64,000 bases of DNA from Octopus sinensis. Lineage: Eukaryota. How positions within the stretch are numbered: position 1 is the first letter of the stretch; the number at the start of each line of letters is the position of its first letter. The translations under genes and the position numbers were made by a program. The notes below the pieces were generated by a model that ran no database searches, was not told where the DNA came from, and was given only the letters and a program-made list of their open reading frames with translations. This document shows, piece by piece, positions 38,301 to 50,360 of this stretch. The stretch is taken from NCBI RefSeq assembly GCF_006345805.1, contig NW_021833055.1, forward strand, positions 1 to 64,000. Direction: 5' to 3'.

Positions 38301-41133
38301 ATCTATCTCTCTATCAACCCATTTGTCCGTCTGTGTCTCTAAGTGTTTATATATCTGTCTTTCAGTGTTTTTTCTTAATTTTTCAAGCAAACATGCTATA
38401 CTCTCAGAAAAAAAAGACCATATTTTCTGCTCTTCTGAAATACACCAATACACTATCTTATGGAGCTGAAAATGGCAACGCCTTACTCTCCGGGACTACG
38501 AGAACCATCGACTGTCTTAAAAGTAATCTTGAACTATATCAAGTTTTCGTAAATCTTGTATATTCCATTAAGTTTTAAAAACACAAGAAATGGTACCAAG
38601 ATTTCTAGTAAACGTCACTCTTCCCGTGTTAACGAACACTACCATGTTCCAATGGCAGCCGGTCCCATATTTTATAAACTTCGCAACGAATACTTTCTTC
38701 TTTCTATGATTTCAACTGTCACTCTCTAAAAGTTTTATCTTTGAAGATTTTTGGCAATGTATTTGTACGAGTAATTAAATAAATTTTCACGTTAAGAATA
38801 TATTGATTTAACTATCTGTCTGCAAAGCAACGTCGTTTAAATCGTAATCATCTATTGTTTGAGGCCCGAGATTTCAATGAATATAAATTTGGTATTTGTG
38901 TAGGAAGCTATATTTGATTAGTTTCTAAGGAAATCCTAAAATAGCATCGATAGCAGTTGAAAAAGTCACCCTTTTCTGTTCATGAGGAAGTTGCATAAAA
39001 TTTCGGTCGTTTCTTTTGGCTGATTTACAGTGGTAAACTTACTGTGATTAATGACAAAGAGATAAATGTCTCATCTATTTTTAAAGATGCTATCCTTGAA
39101 CACGCTTCCCAAGCGATCAGCTAATAGCGAATGTGGCAGTAACACAAGAAAGCGATACATGTGATGCTACATTCTGTTATAAACTGTGTAAATACTGTAA
39201 TACATAAATAAATAACGCGGTATATGGGTGAGATCCTCGTAAGCAGAATACAGTGTAGGCCTATTGATACCGAATGGTGTTAATAATCAACGGGAGAAAA
39301 TACTGGAATATTTGTTTTCTCTCAGTGAAAATGGCTGTTCTCAAGAAGAGGAAAGCAGAAACAGAAAAAAAAGATTAAGCAAACGAGATGCTAGTATGGA
39401 GAAGCTCGCATACAATAATGGTAATAGTTTCCAGATAATTTCGGTGTTTGTATGTGTGTTGAAAATATATGTTCAGATGAAGCTGCTGATGATATTTAAG
39501 CGGATGTGTTCTGAAATTTATCAACAGAAAATGTCTTGCAACGTCTGGGCGACCGGTCAACAAAGTCGTCGTTACCAAATACAATACTCCTAAATTTATG
39601 ATGGTATCAGAAACGTATTATATTGCACTTGTAACATATTAAAGTGTATGTATTTTTTCAAGTGCCACTTTGGCCTCAACTTCAAGATGTTTGAAACAAC
39701 CGTAACTCCGGTATATATTTGACCCTAGAATTCACTAATTAGCGAGATTTCACTTACACTGAGAGCAACAACGCCAGTTGTATGTATTATTGCACGCATC
39801 CAGTGCATACCTCGTCAATATTTCTTAAATAAAGAGAACAATTAGGGACCATAGTTGGCATCTTGTAAGCCTTGTGCACCTCGATTGCTTTCCATTATTT
39901 TACTACAATTTATTTCGTACTCTCCAAGTACACGAATAAACTGACCAAGAGAAGTATTTTACCGCAAGGAAACATTTTCCGCCAATTATCCCTATTACTT
40001 ACAGAGAATGAATATAGCAACACTGCCGATAGCTGAGACTTAAGGTGAATGACTTCAGCCTTCCCCCTCGTCGGTTGTATCGAGAGTAAGGAATCAATAT
40101 CCACAACACTGCATTCTTAATTGGGCATAAAATGAAAAAATTAATGCAACGACGTATATCAAATATTGAGAACAGTTCATGTATATTTTCAAAGTGCATC
40201 AAAGTAAGCGTATCACATAGTATAAAACGTTTTTAAAGTTGCACCAAAAGTAAGCGTAGTAGGCAGTACAAATCACGACCAAAAATTTTATTTTAGTATA
40301 CCAGAAAAAGAACGGGAGATAAATCGCATTCTATAATATATTGGAAAACCGCGCCCGACAAGCGTGATAGACCATTCGATATTTAGTGACTCTTTAAGCT
40401 CGTTCTTACCGCACTTAAAATACATAAATATATACCTGTCAAGTAATGCTGACTGGAAAAAAAATCGATTGTGCTTTTCGCCGACTCTTGTGGCCTTGTG
40501 CTAATGTTTGAAATCAATAAAAATATATGACGAGAGAAATGAAAAATGAAAAATTGCGAACAAGAATATATCATGCTTGACTATGCGTGTTTTCTCTAAA
40601 TAGAAAATTGGCTTGTGTATTTTTAAACTTTCGTAATTTATATTAGGTTAAAGATTATGAAAACAAGTTATATATTTTTATAACATATTGACTGTATAGG
40701 CGGTATGTGCCTGAGAAAGGGGAAAAATTTAATTAGAAGATTTGGTATGAAAAATGTTATTAGAAATATATTGTGATTTAAAACATGACTAAAGAACCTT
40801 TATAATTGTAATCTATTATATATTAATATCTGACAAAGGAAAATATAATAATTTGAGGAAAGAGAAAGACGAATTGTAATTTAAACGTACCAGTTCAGAC
40901 AGAATAATTCCGTAACACCAACAAATATACGGAGAAACGTGTGCAGCTGTAGTATAGTATACTAGGCATGATATATAATGTTATGTACGTTTGGCTACCT
41001 ATACACCTATATCTATGTATATGTGGTTATTTCTCCCTGTGTCTTTCTCTCTCACTTTCTCTAATATACTCATGCATTCGCACACACATACACACACATG
41101 CACGCACGCAGGCACAAACACAAAAACATACAG

Positions 41134-41187
<54 letters not shown>

Positions 41188-42013
41188 TATAGGGACTAGA
41201 ATATTGAGGGACAACAAGACACTACAATATCACTTTTAATACGTGTATGTGTAGGAATGTATATGTACGTTGATACACAACCATACGTACAAGCGGCTGT
41301 CCTAAAACAGGGCGCATGTGCATATGTGTAAAAGGGAGAAGTAAATACCTACATACATTTATGTCTATTATATACACAGATACATTCAAGCACATAAACA
41401 CATACACATACACACACGAACACACACACACACATAAATACATTTATCTGTGTATGTATGTTTGTATTTATATATTTATATATGTTTTACTTTATTACAG
41501 CGTACGTAAGAAGCCTTATTTAGCAGTAAATTGTTATTTCTTCGTGAACATCACTCGTGTAACAAGGGTCAGATTTGTGTCATGTTGCAGCCAGATTTAT
41601 TGGAAATTCAGCCACCATTTTGTAATGGGGCGGCCATATTTTGGTTTCGATGAAAAGAAAATAGAGAAATGTTTTATTTCTTGGAAAATAGATATTCTTA
41701 GACAGAATTGGCCAGGATCTTTTCCGTTTTCATTCTTTTGTTTTTGTAATAATTTTTCTTTTTTTTTGTTTTTGGTAATTTTTGTTATTGTTGATTACAT
41801 TTTCTTGTTATGATTTACTTCTGTTTCCTGTCTGCAGAATAATAGAGAAATATATAGAATGTAATGGGAAGAATATATGATTACATATGTGTAGCTAATG
41901 GTTTCGTGAACATTCGGGTATATGTGTAGGGGTTTAGGATATGTGAGGTAATTGTTTCTTGTCTCTGGTGCATGTAAATACCTATCTCTACAATATATTT
42001 ATATGTATATATA

Positions 42014-42061
<48 letters not shown>

Positions 42062-43635
42062 TATATAGACAGATAGATGGCAGAGAGGGAGATCGGGAAA
42101 GGGAGAGAGCATGTGCGATAGAAATACGAAAGACAAACAAACGAAATGCATGGAGAAAGAAATGTTTGTAATAATGAAAAGACTTTAAAAAACGAAAAAA
42201 AAACCAACAATTGTTCTTTACTTGGAATTTCTTGCTGTTTTGATACATCAAACAAGCTGGCTATTCAACAAAAGCACTTTCAGATTCACTGCTAGTTCTG
42301 GATGGGACTGGAGTGGCTTATAAATGCAAACATCAATTGGTTGCCGCTCTCACGACGACTACCGACACTTTTGCAGCTTCATTGTCTGTTATTAAGATCT
42401 AATCATCCCACAGCTTTACGGAATCCTTGGCACCATGAATCAGCCAATTTATGCTAAAAAAATCAAACGGCCTCAGAAGCAATAGTGACATGTGTTTAAA
42501 ACAGTTGACTAGGGGGTTTGAAGGATGTTGGGAAACACATGATTTTACAGTCCTTCAGCAAACTGCATGATACGAATCATTTTCTCCAAGTAACATATTA
42601 TTTGCTTCTCATTTCGTTCAAGCCAAAGCATGTGATATTTGACATTGACCTCTGATGCAATGGCTCCCATCAATCCAGTAGTGTTATCTGCTTGATGCCA
42701 TACGTTTAGGGAATGATAGCAATGTGGGAACAATATATTACCATTAAGAATATGCTCCTCTTTTAGGCGTGAATTATATTTTCTGAAGTTAAAATCTGCT
42801 GGTTTCTGAAATGCTTTGGTTAGCGGCTACATCCACAATTACCATGTTTCCAGTGTTACACTGCAATCTGTCACGTCCTTGCAATTAATATTATCTGAAA
42901 GAGACGTGGGAATGGTGGAGATATACCTTGGGTTACGGGCAAACATATTTAGCGAAATCATTTCCGACAATTTATGCTTTAAATTCCAGCGATGAAAGGG
43001 AAACTTTCTAAATTGATGCGATAAATTACAGCACAACTAGTGGCCCAATATCATCGTCTTGCCCCCTCCACTGAGAATTACTTACTTTAGTTCAAAATTA
43101 AAATTATATAAATGGAAGAGATTTTAAATGTTTTCCACATACGTTGTAAAATTACTTTAGGTTGTTCTTTACAGCTGTGAATGTTCATATAGATATATAC
43201 TGAAGCTTTTATACACTGAGCGTTTAGAGGGATATATACTTATATGGTAATCCCTTCTAAGCCCTGCTACTGGAATAGAAAATTCATCACTGAGGGGTAC
43301 TGCATAGCTCGAAACATGTTCGTTACTTCTATAAATTGCACAAAATCAACATATTTACAAATCATTTAGATTTTCTGAAGGATTAATTCCATTCCCTTCT
43401 TTGTAAGATTTCAATCTGAATAATTACTGCAGGGGATCATTAACAAATAATTACTCGGATAATCTCAATTAAAATAATATCTTCCTTTCATTATATCACA
43501 TACGAGAAATTTTTCCGTAATCATATTCGTATATACGTATGTACATATGCATACACACACAAATATACATACGCACACGCGCACACCCAGATACACAAAC
43601 ACTCACAACACATATACATACAGGACGGGATTGGT

Positions 43636-44018
43636 AAGCAGTGATATATGTGTGGAAGATACTGGAATTTGCTGTCAAGAAATTTGGAGTTGAGAATTAT
43701 ACCAGACCTCAAACTGGACGTTATTGCACTGTTCCAAAAGACACAGGCATCCCATCTTTTTTGAGGATCATGTACTGCCATAGTTTGGTAATCAAGGGTC
43801 CAGTTATTTAACGCCTTGTCAAAACATGTAGTGGTGGGTAGGTGTTTTCAAGAAGCAATTTACACACTTGCTGTCCAAGATCCCAGAAGAACCAATATCA
43901 AGGAAGGACACTCAAAAGAGAGCAGCATGGAGCCAATAACACAGAATTGTCCAATAAACTAGTAATTATAATGGCGATGCCCCAGGATGTCCACGGCATT
44001 AGGGCTGAAACACATAAC
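43636..44018 (+). pseudogene. CR1/L2-like LINE 3' end (post-RT C-terminal region and 3' tail)
   Basis: Translation AVIYVWKILEFAVKKFGVENYTRPQTGRYCTVPK...YCHSLVIKGP, then after a frameshift QLFNAL...LLSKIPEEP, typical of CR1-group ORF2 C-termini (xWKIL...GPxLFNxLP...LxxIPDxP); ends in tail ggcgatgccccaggatgtccac...gctgaaacacataac. Confidence 0.75.
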
Positions 44019-44312
44019 AGAATAACAAAATATAATTATACATACATACACACACACACACATATGTATATATATATACATACATAGATATATACATACA
44101 TAGATATAAAAGGGGTGACCTGTAAGTGGACATCCAATTATGCAACCAGATGTCCACCTAGAGGCCATCCATTTTATATGTGTGTAATAAAACTTTTTAT
44201 AAAATAACTTTTTAAATATGCTATTTTTAAATATGCTAGATCATTGGTTTTAAATTGATATTATTCAAATTAATATTCTACTTTTCACCCTTATTATTTT
44301 AAACTGATATAA

Positions 44313-44380
<68 letters not shown>

Positions 44381-44383
<3 letters not shown>

Positions 44384-44793
44384 GGGAATAAATCCAAACT
44401 TACAAGGAAAAATCAGATTTAGGATTGAATCCAATTTTATAGTAAAATATTATATTATATTAAATTAGAGACAAAACCACTATTAGGCAAATCAAACAAT
44501 GAAAAACTTAAAGCCAATACATAAGATTATTTAATTTATATTATTTAAATATATAACAAAATTATTAATCCTCGCCAAGATAAATATTTAAACCACCTGA
44601 TGAATGACTGTGACTTGAAAATTTGAAGAAGTTAGCAGCCATGAAACGATCGTAGTGTGATATTAATTATATTTTTTTAATAATTTTGTTATATATTTAA
44701 ATAATATAAATTAAATAATCTTATGTATTGGCTTAAGTTTTTCATTGTCTGATTTGCCTAATAGTGGTTTTGTCTCTAATTTGATATAATATA
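44381..44793. mobile_element. Penelope-like pseudo-LTR fragment with inverted partial repeat (foldback), between TA tracts
   Basis: Arms 44451-44568 and 44677-44793 are reverse complements with 2 substitutions and 1 indel; the 108-bp spacer holds a hammerhead motif. Assignment to Penelope-like elements is inferred from the hammerhead plus inverted-pLTR layout. Confidence 0.75.
44594..44657 (+). ncRNA. Type I hammerhead ribozyme motif (long stem II, minimal palindromic stem III)
   Basis: CTGATGA 44597-44603; stem II 44604-44616 with 44629-44642; GAAA 44643-44646; C-GATC-G 44647-44652; GTA cleavage triplet ending 44654; stem I cac/gtg (3 bp only). Confidence 0.7.
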
Positions 44794-44804
44794 TATATAT
44801 ATAG

Positions 44805-44837
<33 letters not shown>

Positions 44838-44860
44838 ATAATATATATTTACAGACACGT

Positions 44861-44947
<87 letters not shown>

Positions 44948-44964
44948 ATATATATATATATATA

Positions 44965-45002
<38 letters not shown>
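44786..45002. repeat. (TA)n microsatellite
   Basis: About 215 bp interrupted TA run flanking the foldback element. Confidence 0.9.
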
Positions 45003-45004
<2 letters not shown>

Positions 45005-45419
45005 GTGTGTGTCCATATATAGGACATACATACATAGGAACAAATGAGGCACTTAGTCTCAAGCTTAGGAACTGACCTGATCGGAATGCTTGGGAGATAT
45101 TGCGATGCGCCATCTGTCGCATAAACCATATGTTGCGCGTCAGAAAGTCAGTTCCTTCTGCTGGTTGTTGGGAACTCTGTAATAGATGTTTCGTCTGCAA
45201 TTGGTTGCTAAACCGTAACGAACCCTCATCAAAGATCGGTTTTGGGAATTACGTTTCCGAAGTCAAGTATTCCGAAACTTCCAAGACACACGTAACCTAA
45301 TCTTGTGAACGTGTCAATAGATAAATACTCTAGTTATTATATGCATTCAAGAAACATTGTGTTTGCTTTTTAAATGTTTACATGTATAACATTGCATAAA
45401 AACATTTATATAAGTACAA

Positions 45420-45483
<64 letters not shown>

Positions 45484-45511
45484 TATATATATTATATATA
45501 TATATATATAA

Positions 45512-45549
<38 letters not shown>

Positions 45550-45561
45550 TATATTATATAT

Positions 45562-45766
45562 AAAGTTAATCCAAACAAGAAAACACCAAAAAACACAACG
45601 CGAGGACGTGGAACAAATATAGTATTATTGGACGCTCAGGAAAGAAGGGAAGAAGGAGATTTTAACGTTTCGAACGGAGCTCTTCGTCGGAAACATAGGA
45701 GAAGGAAAGATCCAGAGAAAGGAAGGCAGAGGGAAAAACTCGCCAACGGTACACACGAGGTCACAC
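45562..45766 (-). mobile_element. Second Penelope-like pLTR family (hammerhead-bearing), inserted in TA repeats
   Basis: About 205-bp unique block flanked by (TA)n on both sides; homologous to 62599-62791; carries a hammerhead-like core. Confidence 0.7.
45661..45694 (-). ncRNA. Minimal type I hammerhead ribozyme motif, U4C core variant
   Basis: Minus strand gttt-CCGACGA-a-GAGC-tcc-GTTC-GAAA-CG-TT-aaa: stem II 4 bp with one G-U pair, palindromic ACGU stem III, stem I ttt/aaa. Confidence 0.6.
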
Positions 45767-46569
45767 ATATATATATATATATATACATATATATATGGAC
45801 GTTTGTATGAGTGTGCGAGAGAATTCAGTGGAGAGATGCAGTAGGGAGAGACGACGTAAGTAGAGATTGGTCTGGCCACATTTATATTATATCTATCTCG
45901 CTGTGAAGTCACCAATGTGCGCGCGCGTCTGTCTGTGTGCGTGTGCGTATTTAAAGCGAGAGGAATAGAGGGCGTTAGAATTGTCGTTGAAGTATATGGG
46001 ATGATAGAATCTCACATTTGAAATGTCCAAATAGTCTAATGTGGGAAATATTGATCAGCTTTCATAAAGTTAGAATATAGAAGCTGCCAAATCAATATAT
46101 TGTACATTTGGATATCCAGATTCTCTGAACGTGAGTTAGACATATCCAATATAAAATTTTGAAAGTTAAATTTTTTTTTTCCTCAACCAAACTATTATCG
46201 GTGATTTTTTCGATGCTGTTTTACCTTTGCTTTCAGCTGAAGTGTCGACTCCTTCTACCTTTTTAATTTGTTATATTTTGTTTGTTTTTTCTTCTCTTTT
46301 TTTTCTGAAAAAAACTGTTTTGCGTCTGGTAAAATATTTGTGAAATCGGAATATAAGAGTCACGATAGCAGGATGTATTTATAATCCCGTTCTCTGATCA
46401 CAGTGTCTCTTCTTACCTATATCTCTGTCTCACTCCTTCACTCTCTTTCCCTCCTCTCCTTTCTCATTCTGACGCTTTCTATCAGGGGGTTTAGAATGCC
46501 GTGACAGGGAGACCCAGTGTTTAATCGGGAAGCTCTAAATATCATCCAAAAAGTTAGAGCATGTAGCTA

Positions 46570-46604
46570 GATAGACAGACAGACAGATAAATAGATGGAT
46601 GGAT

Positions 46605-46679
<75 letters not shown>

Positions 46680-46730
46680 TAGATAGATAAATAGAAGACA
46701 GATAGATAAGTAGATAGATAGATAGATAGT

Positions 46731-46810
<80 letters not shown>

Positions 46811-46826
46811 CAGACAGATAGATAAG

Positions 46827-46896
<70 letters not shown>

Positions 46897-47080
46897 TACA
46901 GATATATATATATAGAGAGAAAGAGAGATAGGGAGATAGATGGGTGGATGCATGGAGGGAGGGAGGGATTGATAGATAAATCGGTAGATAGATAGACAGA
47001 TACTTATCTACATACATAATATACATTGATTGATGACAAGAAGTATATAGGAATGGATAGATAGATAGATAGATAGATAT

Positions 47081-47137
<57 letters not shown>

Positions 47138-47167
47138 CAGATAGACAGACAGACAGATAGATAGATA
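46570..47167. repeat. (GATA)n / (GA)n compound microsatellite
   Basis: About 600 bp of gata runs; source of the LSIY-repeat ORFs. Confidence 0.95.
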
Positions 47168-47364
47168 GCTAAATATTTACCATTAAACAGCAGATGAAAC
47201 GGTGCATCGTACAAGAAATTACAGGGTAAATGTTTTTTAAATTTTCTCCTGTTTACGGAATTAATCTTTATTTGCGGTTGAAGCTTTGGCTGTTATTTCT
47301 AGTGGGTGAATGGCCTATCATGGCCGTTCCTTGATTGTTGATATATATATATATATATATATAT

Positions 47365-47445
<81 letters not shown>

Positions 47446-47447
<2 letters not shown>

Positions 47448-47630
47448 TGTTTCTTTATTCGCCACACAGGGCTGCACACAGACGGGACAAATTACAAGGT
47501 AGAGCTTTTCTTTTTTGGGGATAAACATGGGGTTTTGGTTTTCGATCAAAAGGGATCGTAAAAGGAAAGAAAGAGGAAAGCAAAAAAAGGGGGATGGTAA
47601 AAATAAAAGCAAAAGGAAAAAAAATCGATA
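47446..47630 (-). mobile_element. L1/Tx1-like LINE 3' UTR remnant ending in (TATC)n
   Basis: Minus strand: pyrimidine-rich tract then ...aagctctaccttgtaatttgtcccgtctgtgtgcagccctgtgtggcgaataaagaaacata running into a TATC microsatellite. Clade assignment is from recollection of similar octopus repeats. Confidence 0.55.
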
Positions 47631-48001
47631 GATAGATAGATAGATAGACAGACAGGCAAATAGATGATGAGGTGTACGTATGTAAGTATGCAAGAATAAA
47701 TAAATTGATTGATAGATACATTGATTAATTGATTGATTGATTGATTGATTGATTTGATGTACGCAATGGAAGATAAAATTCTGGAAGTACGCAGTAATCA
47801 TATGCCTATACAAAAGGTCTTTGATGCTAGATCTAAACTAGGAGTTCTGATTAAGGATTAGTGAAAGTTTTAGCAGTAAGTGTGTTTGTAACGCAATTCT
47901 ATTCGTCTCTTTCTCTTCTCTCATCCTCTTGTTATCTATCTCTCTTTCTCTCTCATCCTCCTTATCTCTATCCAAGCACATTATACGCACATACATATTT
48001 G

Positions 48002-48053
48002 CATATATATATATATATATATACACACACATCTATATATATATATATATACA

Positions 48054-48091
<38 letters not shown>

Positions 48092-48117
48092 CACACACAT
48101 CTATATATATATATACA

Positions 48118-48157
<40 letters not shown>

Positions 48158-48217
48158 TATATATATTATATATATACATCTACATATATATATATAATAT
48201 ATAATATATATATCACA

Positions 48218-48302
<85 letters not shown>
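48002..48302. repeat. (TA)n microsatellite with catc interruptions
   Basis: About 300 bp. Confidence 0.9.
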
Positions 48303-48305
<3 letters not shown>

Positions 48306-49214
48306 TGTGCGTACATACTGTCGTGTTGAAAAGAAAATTAACATTGTCAGATATGGTCAGTGACTTCATATTGATTGTTGAGAGCTGAAATGACCTGACT
48401 TTGTAGTTTGAAGATATTGACCAGTGATAAAGACTTTTTGCAGATTTTTTTTTTTTTTCATGCCATGGAAATATAGATAAGGAAGAACGGAAAATCAGAC
48501 AGTCTTACAAGACAGAATTTCGTAATAGAAATAGAAGTTATAAAAACGATTTTATTTTCTTTGCGTTAATATCTCTTCTAAAGTCGATTGCTACACAAAA
48601 GAACTACATCGACGAACAACAATATCTAATGTGATCGCTAAAATGAATCTGGTTTGGAAACACTCGGATATATATTCGGAAATGAAGGAAAGATTCATAA
48701 AGCATTTGGTTTTCCATTCCTCCTCTTCTTTTTTTCCCTTCTATATTTTTTTTCTTTTCCGGTTATGAAATATACGGCAGAAACGGGAACAAATAAATAT
48801 AAATGATCAGAAAAATATCGAAAATTCTGAAATGTGAGGTGGAAATCAAGTGCTTTGAGATTCCTATGCAATGAAATGCACAAATCGATCAATTCCTTTA
48901 TAACAAGTGAAGAAAATTGATCATAATTTAATGGCTTTGCTCTTAGGCGGCAGCTACTATCGGTATATTTTCTAGAATATATATATTTTATAGAATGTAT
49001 AAGTGCCTATGATAGTCGTGAGGAGAATCATATTTTGGGAATTGCGATGAAAACAAGGAATGTCTATACCAAGAGACGGTTTAAAAATTTTAAATGCCGA
49101 ACACCTGGGAGGAAAGAAAGAGTTTCGAGGCAACGAAGATCGACGCTTATCTCAATGATATCCTAATGAGGATTAAATGCACTTCAAATAGTGTATATCT
49201 GGACAGGCAGAGGC

Positions 49215-49378
49215 TTTGCTACTTTGTAAGTAGTATGACACTCCCAAACATTTGATGTTGAGTTCAGTCTCAGTTCGAGCCGCCTTGAACAAGTGTCTTC
49301 TACTTTAGCCCGCGAACAACCAAAGCCTGATGACTGGGTTTGGTAGACGGAAACTGAAAGAATTCCGTCGTATATATA
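49215..49378 (+). mobile_element. Degenerate SINE family A, 5' half
   Basis: gtaagtagtatg...gagttcagtc...ccttgaacaagtgtcttctactttagccc...tttggtagacggaaactgaaagaattccgtcgtatatat. Confidence 0.8.
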
Positions 49379-49380
49379 TC

Positions 49381-49791
49381 TATTTTACTTGTTTCAGTCA
49401 TTTGACTGCGGCCATGCTGGAGCACCGCCTTTAGTCAAGCAAATCGACCCCGGGACTTATTCTTTGTAAGCCCAGTACTTATTCTATCGGTGCCTTTTGC
49501 CGAACCGATAAGAGACGGGAATGTAAACACACCAGCATCGGTTGTCAAGCACTGCTAGGGGGACAAACACAGACAGACAAACATATACACACACACTTAT
49601 ATATATATATACGACAGGCTTCTTTCAGTTTCCGTCTAACAAATCCACTCACAAGGCATTGGTCGGCCCGGGGCTATAGCAGAAGACACTTGCCCAAGGT
49701 GCCACGCAGATGGACTGAACCAGGAACCATGTGGTTGGTTAGCACGCTACTTACCACACAGCCACTCCTGCGCCACACAGCCACTCCTGCG
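49381..49791 (-). mobile_element. Full-length SINE family A with 19-bp tandem duplication at its 5' end
   Basis: Colinear with 3963-4375; ccacacagccactcctgcg occurs at 49754-49772 and 49773-49791. Confidence 0.92.
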
Positions 49792-50039
49792 GACGTTGTT
49801 TCACAAGCGGTTGTGCAAGCAAATGCGTTAGTAAACGTGGAATAACATGAAATTTTTTTGAGTTTGCTCAATTGAAAGGCGTGGCCTGTAGGGCAAAGTC
49901 CTCATCTTTAAAATGTAACCCGAGACGATCCGAATGAAATCGAGTTATACTAGTATATATATATATATATAAATATATATGGTTTTGCATCTTATTTGTC
50001 TTTCTCTTTGATTGACAACAAGTGAATATGTGTTTTCGT

Positions 50040-50190
50040 CACTATTACTTAGCAGTCTGCACGCTCTGAGTTCATTTGCTGCAGGGGTGGACTTTGCCTT
50101 TCATTCTTTCGGGGTGAATGAAATAAGTACCAGTTACACACCGGGGTTGTGAATTCGACTAGCCTCCGCTCCCATAATTCAGACCTTGTG
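50040..50190 (+). mobile_element. Degenerate SINE family B
   Basis: ctctgagttcatttgctgcaggggtggactttgcctttcattctttcggggtgaatgaaataagtaccag. Confidence 0.7.
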
Positions 50191-50360
50191 CCTATAATAT
50201 AAACGGGTAGTAGTAGTAGTAATAGTAGTAGTAGTGGGAGGAGGAGGAGGAGGGGGATGGCATGCGTGTCGCTGCTGTTGTCGTTGATATTGTTATCCCG
50301 TTTTTTTTATAGTAGTCCAGAAGCACTTTATAATAATATTTTAAATAATAATAAAAATAT

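Noticed and set aside
42250-43070. GC-richer block with two short minus ORFs, considered as an RT remnant
   Set aside because: No YADD/YxDD or QG motif could be placed convincingly.
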